Below, one piece after another: positions 20,475 to 31,100 of a stretch of DNA of 64,000 nt (within the stretch, counting starts at the first letter, position 1; each line of letters begins with the position of its first letter). The translations under genes and the position numbers were made by a program. Below the pieces are notes generated by a model. It was not told where the DNA came from. It made no database searches and saw only the letters and a program-made list of their open reading frames with translations. The stretch is from a virus, in IMG/VR virus record IMGVR_UViG_3300010389_000007, positions 20,835 through 84,834 of that record; one strand, 5' to 3'.

Positions 20475-22706
20475 TTATCCTAACTGATCCAGGGCAATAA
20501 TTAGGGGTGTTACTGTATTTAGAAGACTCTGATCGAAGTCCCTACCACTGATTGTTCCTGTAAATTGGTTCACAGAAACACCATCACCAATTCTAAAGTT
20601 ACCTGCCTGATCTGTGCTGGTATAGACTACCAATCCACCATCTCTAAATACAACTTCATTATCTTGAATTGTTACTCCACCAAGAGCAGGTTTTGCTGTA
20701 AAGATGTTAGTTCCAGATCCAACATATTCAAATGAGTGTGATGAAGCAATTTGTAAACTTTGTCTGGTAAAATATGCAGTAGTCCCAGACCCAACTTCAA
20801 AATCAAGAACAGTTTTGAGAACAACTGTGCTAACACCAGCAATTGGTAATGATGCACTCTCAATAGAATAATAAATTGGTTGTAAAACAACAGTTCCAGA
20901 TGCTCCACCAGTTCCACCAACTGAAATGTTTGGTGGATTTTCTATTTCATACTGAGATCCAGTTGCAATAATTGTAAATCCAGTAACTGTTCCATCTAGT
21001 GAGACATCAGCAACTGCTTCTGCCCTAATACCAGATGGACCAGTTGGTGCATCAATAGTAACTGTTGGTGGATTGTTTAGATCATATCCAGATCCAGGAT
21101 TATCCACAATAATAGAATCTACTGTATAGTATAATTTTCCAAAGTACAGTGCCTGACCATCATAAGGTCTGTAAGAACCAATTCCAGAAATTGCAATTGT
21201 ATCAGTATCTTCTGCTGCAGTAGTGGAAACTTCCCCAGTCATTCTATAAATTGATCCAGAATCTGTACCACCAACACCAATTGAGACTAGACCTTCATTT
21301 CCAAATGATGAGTTTGAGTTTGTAATATCACACTGACCACCATTTCCTGTGTAAATTGCAATATCATCACAAATAGTAAATATAGAAACTAACTGTGCAT
21401 ATGCACCATTTGTGATGGTAACACCAATGCCACCCTGGTTATATTGGGTATAGGAGTCAACTGACATTGTGCCAGTAACACCAATGTCATCTTGATCTCC
21501 TGGTTCTGCATGGAAACCATCAACTTTCATTCCAATACTATCTGGAATAAAGTTAGTGCAGTTTCTAATATATGGACCCTGAGTGATTGGACCTACACCT
21601 GGGGAGAATGAAGGATCATTTTCAACTGAAGTTCCTAATCCAGAATTTCCTGGATAAGTTGTATTGAATCCTACTCCAAGAACTCCTAATCCTTGATCAA
21701 TAATTGCAGTTACAACACCAACACAAGAATAGATGGCAGATACTACATTGGCACATCCATCAACACTTTGATTTCCATATGCACCATCTGGTTGAATACT
21801 TAGGTCTCTTACTTGGAAATACTCATTTTGATAATTTCCATCCCAGACTACATTATTGATACATGATTTTGCAATGCCTGCTGCATAATACATTGCATCA
21901 ATTGTTTCAGTCTTAACTCCAACAATGTGTTGAAGTGCTCCTGCTTGTGTGTAATATGATTTTCCTGCTCCAACACACTTAGAGTTTCCACCTCTTGTTA
22001 TGTCATAACAGACTGCTTTGAATACTGATTTAATATCTTCTGCGCATTCTTTGGCAGTTCCAATGCCCATTGAGAATGCACCACCATTATAGTCAGTGCT
22101 AGTTAAATATCCTACTGTTTCTTTTGCAATAAAATCAAGATTCATCCTGATCATTCTTGCAGCATCAAAATATCTGAATGATGAAACTCCAACTAATGGT
22201 TGGAATGCAATAACTGATGCTCCATTGGACATTCCTGGTCCAACAAAACTTAAATCTGTAACATGAACACCATTGTTCACATGAAACAGATCTTCAGTTG
22301 TATTCTGTGGAGTTACCTGACAGTTTCTTAGTTCAGTTCCCTCAACAGATACATTTCTAGGAATAACTACTGGATTATTTTCTGCATAATAACCAGGATA
22401 GATCTTGATAGTATCACCAGGAAGTGCTATTGCTGCTGCAGCCTTAATGGTTGCTTTTGCATCTCCTTGGTTTAATCCTGTATTATCATCATCTCCATTA
22501 GTATTGACAAATATTGTTTTTCCTACTGATGATCCAGCACCAACTTCAATAACTCTTGTACCTACACCTACAGCACCTTGATCCTGTTTAAGAAAAAGTT
22601 TACCATCATACAAGTTGATGGCTAATTCTCCTGCCTGGAGTTGATCTATAGTGGGTTTCTTTGCAGGAACAGAAGACCTTCTTATCCTGATCTTAGGATC
22701 TGCCAT
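20475..22706 (-). CDS. Virion structural / fibre-base protein with pectin-lyase-like region
   Basis: N-terminal IRIRRS..GELAIN..DGK; GDD.N.G...A.ATIKAA; C-terminal STDQAGNFRI...TPLIIAL. Confidence 0.75.
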   Translation of the reverse strand: MADPKIRIRRSSVPAKKPTIDQLQAGELAINLYDGKLFLKQDQGAVGVGTRVIEVGAGSSVGKTIFVNTNGDDDNTGLNQGDAKATIKAAAAIALPGDTIKIYPGYYAENNPVVIPRNVSVEGTELRNCQVTPQNTTEDLFHVNNGVHVTDLSFVGPGMSNGASVIAFQPLVGVSSFRYFDAARMIRMNLDFIAKETVGYLTSTDYNGGAFSMGIGTAKECAEDIKSVFKAVCYDITRGGNSKCVGAGKSYYTQAGALQHIVGVKTETIDAMYYAAGIAKSCINNVVWDGNYQNEYFQVRDLSIQPDGAYGNQSVDGCANVVSAIYSCVGVVTAIIDQGLGVLGVGFNTTYPGNSGLGTSVENDPSFSPGVGPITQGPYIRNCTNFIPDSIGMKVDGFHAEPGDQDDIGVTGTMSVDSYTQYNQGGIGVTITNGAYAQLVSIFTICDDIAIYTGNGGQCDITNSNSSFGNEGLVSIGVGGTDSGSIYRMTGEVSTTAAEDTDTIAISGIGSYRPYDGQALYFGKLYYTVDSIIVDNPGSGYDLNNPPTVTIDAPTGPSGIRAEAVADVSLDGTVTGFTIIATGSQYEIENPPNISVGGTGGASGTVVLQPIYYSIESASLPIAGVSTVVLKTVLDFEVGSGTTAYFTRQSLQIASSHSFEYVGSGTNIFTAKPALGGVTIQDNEVVFRDGGLVVYTSTDQAGNFRIGDGVSVNQFTGTISGRDFDQSLLNTVTPLIIALDQLG

Positions 22707-22758
22707 ATATTATAGTGGTATATACCGTACCCCTGATATGTATCAGGATTTCTTTTAT

Positions 22759-22953
22759 TTATTCAAAAGATTCTGACTCAGTTTCAGTTTGTTGCTCTAT
22801 TTCTTTTTCAAGAGATTTAATTCTTTCATTCAATTCAGAAACTACTGTAGATAAAGCATTTATTTTTGCCTCATATACAATGTTTTGGTTAATTAATTCT
22901 GTTACTTTCTTTTGATAGGAAGCAAGTAGTGCATTATAATCTATATCAACCAT
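22759..22953 (-). CDS. Small coiled-coil protein
   Basis: DYNALLASYQKK...QNIVYEAK heptad pattern. Confidence 0.7.
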   Translation of the reverse strand: MVDIDYNALLASYQKKVTELINQNIVYEAKINALSTVVSELNERIKSLEKEIEQQTETESESFE

Positions 22954-24350
22954 TAGAATGTTCCAGCATCAACAGTAATATTTTCTAGGAATCTTTCTGA
23001 TCCTGTGCAAGAAACTAATTGAGATTGTCCAGCACAATCATTGACCCAGATAGATTCAATCTCTATAGCAGCATATGTGTTAATTGTCAACACACTACTA
23101 GATTCTGTTACATCTTTTGCTAATACAATTCTTTGAGCACTGTCATCCCAGAATGCAGCAGCTTTCTTTGCACTTCCATCATACCAGTGCATCAATAGAC
23201 CAACATCAATATTTAAATCTGATGCTGGAACATCAAGAAGACCACCACTATTGATAAGTCCAACCTCAATCAGACTATCTTCAACCTTCATGCTTTCAGC
23301 ATTCACTTCTACAGTGGTGCCTAATACATAAAGATCACCATTAACAGTTAGGTCATTAGTTGCACTTATGTTTCCAGTAAATGTGGATACTCCAGTAACT
23401 GCAAGATTTGATTGGAATCTTACTTCTCCACCAACATCAAGAGCATATCTATCTCCCAAAGCTGGGTTATCAATAATAACACCATCTTGGAATGTTGAAA
23501 CTCCAGTTACTTTTAGATCATTTGATTCTAATGCATTAGCAATATCTACACTTCCATTAACATCTAGATCAGTTGTTATGGTTGCACCAGCACCAACTAT
23601 AAGATCTTGAACATATAAATTTCTCCACTGTTTATCTGTGGCACCTAAATCATATGAATTTGTTGTAGATGGACCTACATTAGATGCAAATTCCCCACCA
23701 ACAATAATATCATCAGTATCATTATCGCCAATGTTAATTGTTCCACCTTTGAATGTTACTTCTCCAACAAAGGTTGAAACTCCAGCAACTTCTAAATTTC
23801 CTCCAATATTAACACTCTTTTCTACCCCAATACCACCTTCTACTACAAGTGCACCAGTATCCTTATCTGTAGAATCTGTTACATCCTGGAACTCTACTAA
23901 CTGAGTAGCAGTTAAGAATCCTACAGTTAAGTTATCAACTTCTAAATTTGTAAATTGATTGGACCAAGATAGTGATCCAGTTCCATCAGTTTTTAGGAAT
24001 GTGTCATCAATTGGTGTGGGTGGGAAAGTATATTGTACGTTTGCATCCAACCCATTTGGTGCTGCCAAAGTTACATAATTTTCTCCATTGTCTGATGCTT
24101 CTAGCAGATTAATACCACCACCAGTAGTGGAAGTTTCTTTTGACCAATACCTAGAAGAACCAAAAAACTTATTATTTGGTGCAGTAATAAGTTCACTGGT
24201 AATGGTATTGATACCAAGAGTTATGGTAGTGCCAGTGCCAATGTAAAAATCATAACTATCTGTGGTAAATCCTGGCTCCCCTGCTCTGAAAGTTACCAGT
24301 CCAACATTAGCAGCAGGGCCTCTCTTGAATTGTAATACAGCAGAAGCCAT
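22953..24350 (-). CDS. Tail-fibre structural protein
   Basis: N-terminal LQFKRG..GEPGFTTD; STDKDTGALVVEGGIGV; ends VDAGTF. Confidence 0.75.
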   Translation of the reverse strand: MASAVLQFKRGPAANVGLVTFRAGEPGFTTDSYDFYIGTGTTITLGINTITSELITAPNNKFFGSSRYWSKETSTTGGGINLLEASDNGENYVTLAAPNGLDANVQYTFPPTPIDDTFLKTDGTGSLSWSNQFTNLEVDNLTVGFLTATQLVEFQDVTDSTDKDTGALVVEGGIGVEKSVNIGGNLEVAGVSTFVGEVTFKGGTINIGDNDTDDIIVGGEFASNVGPSTTNSYDLGATDKQWRNLYVQDLIVGAGATITTDLDVNGSVDIANALESNDLKVTGVSTFQDGVIIDNPALGDRYALDVGGEVRFQSNLAVTGVSTFTGNISATNDLTVNGDLYVLGTTVEVNAESMKVEDSLIEVGLINSGGLLDVPASDLNIDVGLLMHWYDGSAKKAAAFWDDSAQRIVLAKDVTESSSVLTINTYAAIEIESIWVNDCAGQSQLVSCTGSERFLENITVDAGTF

Positions 24351-24375
24351 AGTTATCCCTAGTTTTTACTATTTA

Positions 24376-24684
24376 TTAAAAGGACCCACCGTCTAAATCT
24401 ATATTATCTCCTCTGGAAGAATTTGTATCCAAAGCATTAATGAATACTCCAGGAAGACCATCACCAGAAGACGAAGATGATTGTACAGTAGATGCAGCAG
24501 AAACTAAAACATCATCAGGATCAATGAAAGTGAATTTGCTTGATGTAGTGTCATATGCAAGAACATAATTAAATGATTCTGATGTAATGCCAGTAGCATT
24601 AACATCTATAAGATCTGTTAATCTGTTTGCCACGTTAGTTAAGACCTCTACTTCTGTTGTTGAGTTTAAATTAAGCTCTATCAT
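24376..24684 (-). CDS. Structural hypothetical protein
   Basis: L.DL.DV motif; ends LDGGSF. Confidence 0.7.
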   Translation of the reverse strand: MIELNLNSTTEVEVLTNVANRLTDLIDVNATGITSESFNYVLAYDTTSSKFTFIDPDDVLVSAASTVQSSSSSGDGLPGVFINALDTNSSRGDNIDLDGGSF

Positions 24685-25015
24685 TAGATGCAGATCCTCT
24701 TACTAGAACATTGCCTTCTAGAACTTTTGTCTTAACCCCAGAAACATTAATTGTAAAGAAGTCATAAACATGCCTTCCAACTGGAAGTTCAGTAGTCACT
24801 GCATTTGCCAGTTCAATTCTAACAACTCCAGCACTTTCTGGTGGAAGAACTGTTGTACTAAATGCATATCCAACTGGAGATCCATAATGTTTTCTCATTA
24901 CACAAGAGAATCCATAACCAGTTAAGTTTACCACTGCTCCATCAGTCTTAATCTTGAGGGCAGTGGAAAAGTCAGCACCCTTATCAATAGTAAAATTTAC
25001 TGCAGATACTGCCAT
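24671..25015 (-). CDS. Conserved virion structural protein (BppU-like)
   Basis: NFTIDKGADF...NLTGY...MRKH...GRHVYD...KVLEG. Confidence 0.75.
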   Translation of the reverse strand: MAVSAVNFTIDKGADFSTALKIKTDGAVVNLTGYGFSCVMRKHYGSPVGYAFSTTVLPPESAGVVRIELANAVTTELPVGRHVYDFFTINVSGVKTKVLEGNVLVRGSASNDRA

Positions 25016-25034
25016 ACTACTTACTTTATTTTAT

Positions 25035-27770
25035 TTAGATGATGACCCACTCTGCCCCAGATGGCACAGTAACTGTAACCCCAGAATTAATAAGTATTGG
25101 ACCAATACTCATGTTATTGTAAGATGCGGAAACTGAGTAATTTGATGAAATTGTACCAAGACTTCTAAAGAAAGGTACACCAGTCAAAGTAATTTCTGCA
25201 GAAGAATTGACTCCTCCAGATGTTAAAGGTCCTGCAAAAGATAATGCTCCAGTTCCTGGATTAAATTGGAATGCAGTAGCAGAAGCTCTTACTCTTGGAG
25301 TTGCATTGACTCCAGCAGAACTTACAAATACTGGATAGTATGTTCCATTTGAAGTGGTGTTTGTTGCATTAACAACATTAGATGGTCCTGGAGCACCTTG
25401 GAAACCTTGGAAACCTTGTGGTCCCTGGGGTCCAATAACACCATCAGTTCCCTGATTTCCATTTATACCCTGGAATCCTTGAGCACCTTGTCTACCTTGA
25501 TTGCCTTGGTTTCCTTGTGCCCCCTGAGGTCCTCTTGGTCCCTGTGGTCCAATTGGACCAGGAGTTCCAGCACCACCATCAAGTCCTGGTGATCCTTGAG
25601 ATCCTTGAGGTCCAACTGAACCTTGAGGTCCTAGTCCACCAAGAGCACCCTGAGGTCCTCTAGCACCTTGTGGTCCAATTGGTCCCTGTGGACCTTGGAA
25701 TCCTTGAGGTCCTTGAACACCTTGAGGTCCAATATTTCCTTGAGGACCATATGGACCTTGAGGACCTTGGCGTCCTTGGGCACCCTGAGGTCCTGCAGAT
25801 CCCTGTGGTCCAGTTCCTTGAGGTCCAATGGCACCTTGTATGCCTTGATATCCTTGAGCACCTTGTGGACCAATATTTCCTTGTGGTCCTTGGAATCCTT
25901 GTGGCCCTTGAACACCTTGAGGACCTCTAGATCCTTGTGGACCAATTTGCCCCTGTGGTCCCGCTAATCCTTGTGAACCCTGAACACCTTGAGGACCTTG
26001 GAATCCTTGAGGACCTCTAGATCCTTGAGGTCCTTGTGCACCTTGTGGACCAGTTACATATCCAGCATCAACATAAGAAACTCCATTACAAACATATAAA
26101 TGTCCATCTGCATTTACAATGTAAGCATCACCTTGAGTTCCACCAGTACAAGCTGGCAAATCTCCCACTGTAGCTACTGCACCTAAGATGTTAATTGCAG
26201 TTCCTGGTGCACCTTGAGGACCTTGGAAACCTTGAGGTCCCTGAACACCTTGAGGTCCTCTTAATCCTTGTGGTCCTTGTGGACCAAATCCTTGTGGTCC
26301 TTGGATACCTTGAGGACCTAAGAATCCCTGTGGTCCTTGGAAACCTTGGGAACCTTGTACACCCTGGTATCCCTGAACACCTTGAGGTCCTTGTGCACCT
26401 TGTGGTCCTTGGAAACCTTGAGCACCTTGGGGTCCAACTGGTCCTTGAGGTCCTTGGAATCCTTGTGGTCCTTGAATTCCTTGAGGACCTTGTGGTCCAA
26501 TTCTTCCCTGAACACCTTGAGGTCCCTGAACACCTTGTGGTCCTTTTTGGCCAACTTCACCTGGGAGACCTTGAGATCCTTGAGGTCCTTGGAATCCTTG
26601 TGGTCCTTGAACACCTTGAGGTCCTCTTAATCCTTGTGGACCAGTATTTCCTTGTGGACCTTGGAATCCTTGAGGTCCAATAAATCCTTGAGGACCTTGG
26701 GAACCTTGAGGACCTTGGAAACCTTGTGGTCCCTGAACCCCTTGTGGACCTATTTCTCCTTGAGGACCTTGAACACCTTGAGGTCCAAGATCTCCTTGTG
26801 CTCCTTGAGGACCTTGGAATCCCTGTGGACCTTGAATGCCCTGAGGACCTTGTGCACCTTGTGGTCCTGTCCCCTGTGGTCCAATAAATCCTTGTGGTCC
26901 TTGGAATCCTTGAGGACCATATCCTTGTGGTCCAATGAATCCTTGTGCACCTTGAGGACCTTGGAATCCTTGAGGACCTCTAGATCCTTGTGGACCTTGG
27001 AAACCTTGAGGTCCTTGTGGTCCAATTGGTCCCTGTGGACCTTGATAACCTTGGAAACCTTGAGGTCCAATAAATCCTTGAGGACCTTGGAATCCTTGAG
27101 GTCCTTGTGGACCCAATCCACCAGCAACATTAGTCCAAGTAAATCCTGCTCCTGGTCCTAATGATGTTAATACCTTTGGAAATGTTCCTACATCTCCAGC
27201 GTAGTTTGCAATATCTCCACTAACTCTTACTGTAGTTACGCCAATATCAACTCCAACAGTTGGATCAGTGCTACCAATTCCAAGTCTTGATGATCCTGGA
27301 ATGAAAACTAAATGTGTTGGTGCAATGTCAAATGCAGTTACAACACCTGGAGCTCTTTGATCTGTAAATCCAAGATAATATGGATTTAAATCTGCAGGTT
27401 CATCTGCAGAAATAGATGCTGTGATGGTAATTGTAGCAACACCTACGCCACCTGGCTCAATTGGTGTTACAGTTACACCAGAACCAACAAAATTTAACTG
27501 GGTGACAGATCCAGCTAAACCTACAATATTTCCTTCATCTCTAACAGTAATTCCTCTATCAATAACACCTGGAGGAAGTTGCTGCCAATATCTTCTTCCA
27601 GGATCAGTATCTACAGCAACAAGGATATATTGTTGTCCAATAGGTGGATTATCACCAGGGGGATCCCCCAAATTGGGTTCAGCCTGATTTAATCCAAGAT
27701 ATTGGTATCTATCAGCTGTTAATCTATCTTGGGGGGACTTAATTACCCTGCGACTAAGATACTTTGCCAT
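25035..27770 (-). CDS. Collagen-like tail fibre (G-P-Q repeats)
   Basis: MAKYLSRR; GPQG repeats ~25390-27115; C-terminal GPILINSGVTVTVPSGAEWVII. Confidence 0.85.
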   Translation of the reverse strand: MAKYLSRRVIKSPQDRLTADRYQYLGLNQAEPNLGDPPGDNPPIGQQYILVAVDTDPGRRYWQQLPPGVIDRGITVRDEGNIVGLAGSVTQLNFVGSGVTVTPIEPGGVGVATITITASISADEPADLNPYYLGFTDQRAPGVVTAFDIAPTHLVFIPGSSRLGIGSTDPTVGVDIGVTTVRVSGDIANYAGDVGTFPKVLTSLGPGAGFTWTNVAGGLGPQGPQGFQGPQGFIGPQGFQGYQGPQGPIGPQGPQGFQGPQGSRGPQGFQGPQGAQGFIGPQGYGPQGFQGPQGFIGPQGTGPQGAQGPQGIQGPQGFQGPQGAQGDLGPQGVQGPQGEIGPQGVQGPQGFQGPQGSQGPQGFIGPQGFQGPQGNTGPQGLRGPQGVQGPQGFQGPQGSQGLPGEVGQKGPQGVQGPQGVQGRIGPQGPQGIQGPQGFQGPQGPVGPQGAQGFQGPQGAQGPQGVQGYQGVQGSQGFQGPQGFLGPQGIQGPQGFGPQGPQGLRGPQGVQGPQGFQGPQGAPGTAINILGAVATVGDLPACTGGTQGDAYIVNADGHLYVCNGVSYVDAGYVTGPQGAQGPQGSRGPQGFQGPQGVQGSQGLAGPQGQIGPQGSRGPQGVQGPQGFQGPQGNIGPQGAQGYQGIQGAIGPQGTGPQGSAGPQGAQGRQGPQGPYGPQGNIGPQGVQGPQGFQGPQGPIGPQGARGPQGALGGLGPQGSVGPQGSQGSPGLDGGAGTPGPIGPQGPRGPQGAQGNQGNQGRQGAQGFQGINGNQGTDGVIGPQGPQGFQGFQGAPGPSNVVNATNTTSNGTYYPVFVSSAGVNATPRVRASATAFQFNPGTGALSFAGPLTSGGVNSSAEITLTGVPFFRSLGTISSNYSVSASYNNMSIGPILINSGVTVTVPSGAEWVII

Positions 27771-28153
27771 TATTGATTAAGAGTCTCCAGGATGCTTACT
27801 GTATATTTCATGTGGTTTGGATCAGATGTAGAAATTCCACTAATGGAAATTGCATCTGTTTTCAGTGCAGTTCTTTCAAGAACAAGTCTTCCCTCAATAA
27901 GAACTAAAGCATCATTTGGTGGGACTAAACCACCTTGAATAAGTTCATTGAAGTCTGTAGTAACCCCAGATTGAGATCTATTTGTTCTCTTGTGGGAGAA
28001 AGTGACTGTTCCAATGCCAGTTCCAGTATTTGCAACTTGGGCATAAAGTACAATACTTGTATAACCTGTTCTTGTAGTATAAATTTCAGTATTTTCAGTA
28101 GTGCTGACAATGCCAGTTACTGTTTTGTATGTATTTAGTGGTTGTTGTGCCAT
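27770..28153 (-). CDS. Small fibre adaptor-like structural protein
   Basis: Paralogue of 20132-20473. Confidence 0.75.
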   Translation of the reverse strand: MAQQPLNTYKTVTGIVSTTENTEIYTTRTGYTSIVLYAQVANTGTGIGTVTFSHKRTNRSQSGVTTDFNELIQGGLVPPNDALVLIEGRLVLERTALKTDAISISGISTSDPNHMKYTVSILETLNQ

Positions 28154-28160
28154 CTAGTTT

Positions 28161-31100
28161 TTAACCTCCTCCTAGGGCAATGATGAGTGGAGTTGTTTCA
28201 GCTTGAAGACTCTTACTGAATGCGGTACCACTGATAGTACCTGTATTTTGGTTGATAGTAATACCTTCACTGATTCTGAAGTTTCCTCCCTGATCTGTAC
28301 TAGTGAAAGGTACTCTTCCACCATTTGTAGCTACAATTTGATTTTCATCAATTGGTACTGCAGCCTTAGAAGGAATAGCATTAACAATGTCTGTTCCTGT
28401 TCCTATATATTCAAATGTAATGCCAGATGCAATAATCTTACTTGCTTGGAAGAAGTTGACTGAAGCACCTGCAGATACTGGATAAGTAATAAACTGATCA
28501 AAAGTAACAGTAGTAATTCCAGTTGGATCAACTGGGGTTGAAGAAACTACATTGAAGAATAAATTCTCCATAACAGCAGTTGCTGTTGCAGTAGATCCAA
28601 TTCCAGGGGTAGCATCTGGGGGTGGTGCAATTGTCACAGTTGGTGGAGACAGGTAACCTGTACCAGAAACTAAGATAGTAATTTCACCAATTGTACCATC
28701 TGGATTGACACCATCTTCAAAAATTGTTGCTTCTGCAGCAATAGCATCATCACCAAGTTCAGGTAATGAAAGTTGTACCTCAACTGGTGCACCAACTACA
28801 TATCCAAATCCAGGACTATCAATTCTGATTGTATTGACAGTAAAGTATTGAGTGTCAATAAATGTAACTTGACCATCATAAGGTCTTTGACCTCTTGGCA
28901 ATTGTCTTTCTGGAAGTGATCCAGTTCCAAGTCCAATTACACTAGTAATAATTCCTGCACTTGTTGTAATAATACCAACAATTAGAGGACTGTATCCATT
29001 CTTATTGGTATCTTTAATTTGGGGGATGCTATTAATTCCACTTTGGTAAGATTCTGGCAGATTTAAGTTTTGAATAACATAAGTTGAAATGCCAGCAAGG
29101 TAATTGATTGCTGAAATTTCACCATCTGCAACATATCCTGGAGTGAATCCAGTTGGGACTGGACTACTATCTCCAAGGTAAGAAACTGAATAATCTGCAG
29201 AATCTCTATATGCAAGTGCAGTATCAATAGAATTAATATTACTTTGTTGAATTAGATCAAGAGCAAATGTTTCTACAATAATCTTAGTATCTCTCTTACA
29301 CTTGTCTCTACCTGCTGCCACACCACCATAATCAAATGCTGTTCCTAGACCACCATAAGGACCATCAGTGCTAGTAACAAATCCTACAACCTCATTTGCT
29401 AAGAAGTCTGCATTTGCCCTGAGCAAATCAACAGCATCATCATATGCCTGAGTTGCACCTGCACCAACATTAAGGACAAGGCTATCAATGTTATCTCCTT
29501 CAGGAGTAACAGTAACAATGCCAACATATTGTAATGGGGTTGTTCCATTTGCCCATAGACCAAAATTACCAAAGGAAGCATTACTATTGTTCATGTCACA
29601 GACACCACCTGTGTCATTGTAGACTGCAATGTTACAACAAATTGTGAACAGAGAAACTAACTGTGCATATCCAAAGTTAGTAATTGAAACACCAATTCCA
29701 TTTTGGTTATATTGAGTGTATGCATCAAGAACCATGGACTTGAATCCACCTGCTCTTGCACCATCAATTCTCATTCCAACACTATCTGGAACAAAGTTTG
29801 TGCAGTTCTGAACATATGGTGACTGCCAATTCTTTTCAGTTCCATCTGCATAACCCAATCCAACTGTTGGGAATGAAACCATTGCATTTGGATTTGCTTC
29901 ACCAACAAAAGATTGTTGTGCAATATAGCAACCTCTTCTTACATGGTATAGATCAGTTTTTGCTTTTGTGGAAACAAGAGTTCTTCTTAGATCTTCTCCA
30001 ACAACAGCAACTCTTTCTGGAACTTGAATAGGACCATCTTCAACATAAAGACCAGCAAAGACTTTAACTGTGTCTCCTGGTTGTGCAATAGAACATGCTT
30101 TCTTAATGGTTAGGAATGCTCCACCTGGAGTATCTCCAACATTACTATCATTGCCATACTTAGCAACAAACCACTCATTACCAACCTTTGCTCCTGGTGG
30201 TTGCCAAGTTAATTCTCCTACTGGATTATTAATTTTTGGTGTTTCTGCTAATCCTTCTCCAATAATTGTAGTAACAATTCCAACGCAAGAGTGGATAGCA
30301 GAGTAAACATTAGCACAAGCAAATGGATTTGTGTTGCTATCTCCATCTGGAAGAAGTTCAGTGTCTACAACTTGTGCAATGCTTGCGACACCAGTAATAG
30401 TTCTGGTTGCTGGAAGTGTACCAAACTCAATTGCCTCAGTTATAATTTGAATAAATACTGTGATTGCAGATGCCTGGGTTGCACAATCTCCAGATACATA
30501 AACTCCAGGTAATCCTGACTGATCTCCAACTACAGAATTATCAATATATTGGACTTCAGAAGTATATCCACCAAGAGTAATAGTCTCATTGCGCATGGCT
30601 TGAATTGCCATGTCTCTTGCCTGCTGATAAGCATAGATAGACTCTGTTTCTTCTCCAGAGAGATAATCATTGTCTACATAAATCTTTGCTGCATCATATA
30701 CTTGATCATTTCCACCAAATTCTAAGTTGAAGCACATTGCTTCAAGTACATCAATAATATCATCAATACACTCTTGATTTCCACCTGGGACAGAGAATCC
30801 AGAGAAGTTGGCAAGCATTCTACCAACTGCAACCTCAGCAATGAGAACTTTATTTGCAAGAATTAGTCTTGCTGCATCTGCATAAGTTCCATTGAGTGGT
30901 GGAGTTTGATAAGACTTTGGAAGTCTTGAGTTATTAATTACATATCTGGCAAGAGTTGAAATGCTGCTGAATCCAACCAAAGTTGCCTGTTTAACATATC
31001 CAGTGCTAAATCCTGTTGGAATTACAGCAGAATCATCAAGATATTTTAGAACTGCTCCCTCATAATATGAAAGACCAGCACCAACTGACTTGGAGTTTCC

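Noticed and set aside
10680-25140. DGR template/variable repeat pair (57-aa ORF versus 911-aa C-terminus)
   Set aside because: Differences are not confined to adenines, similarity is mainly at protein level, and no reverse transcriptase is in the window.
25398-27161. Alternate-frame ORFs over the GPQ tract
   Set aside because: Same repeat artefact.
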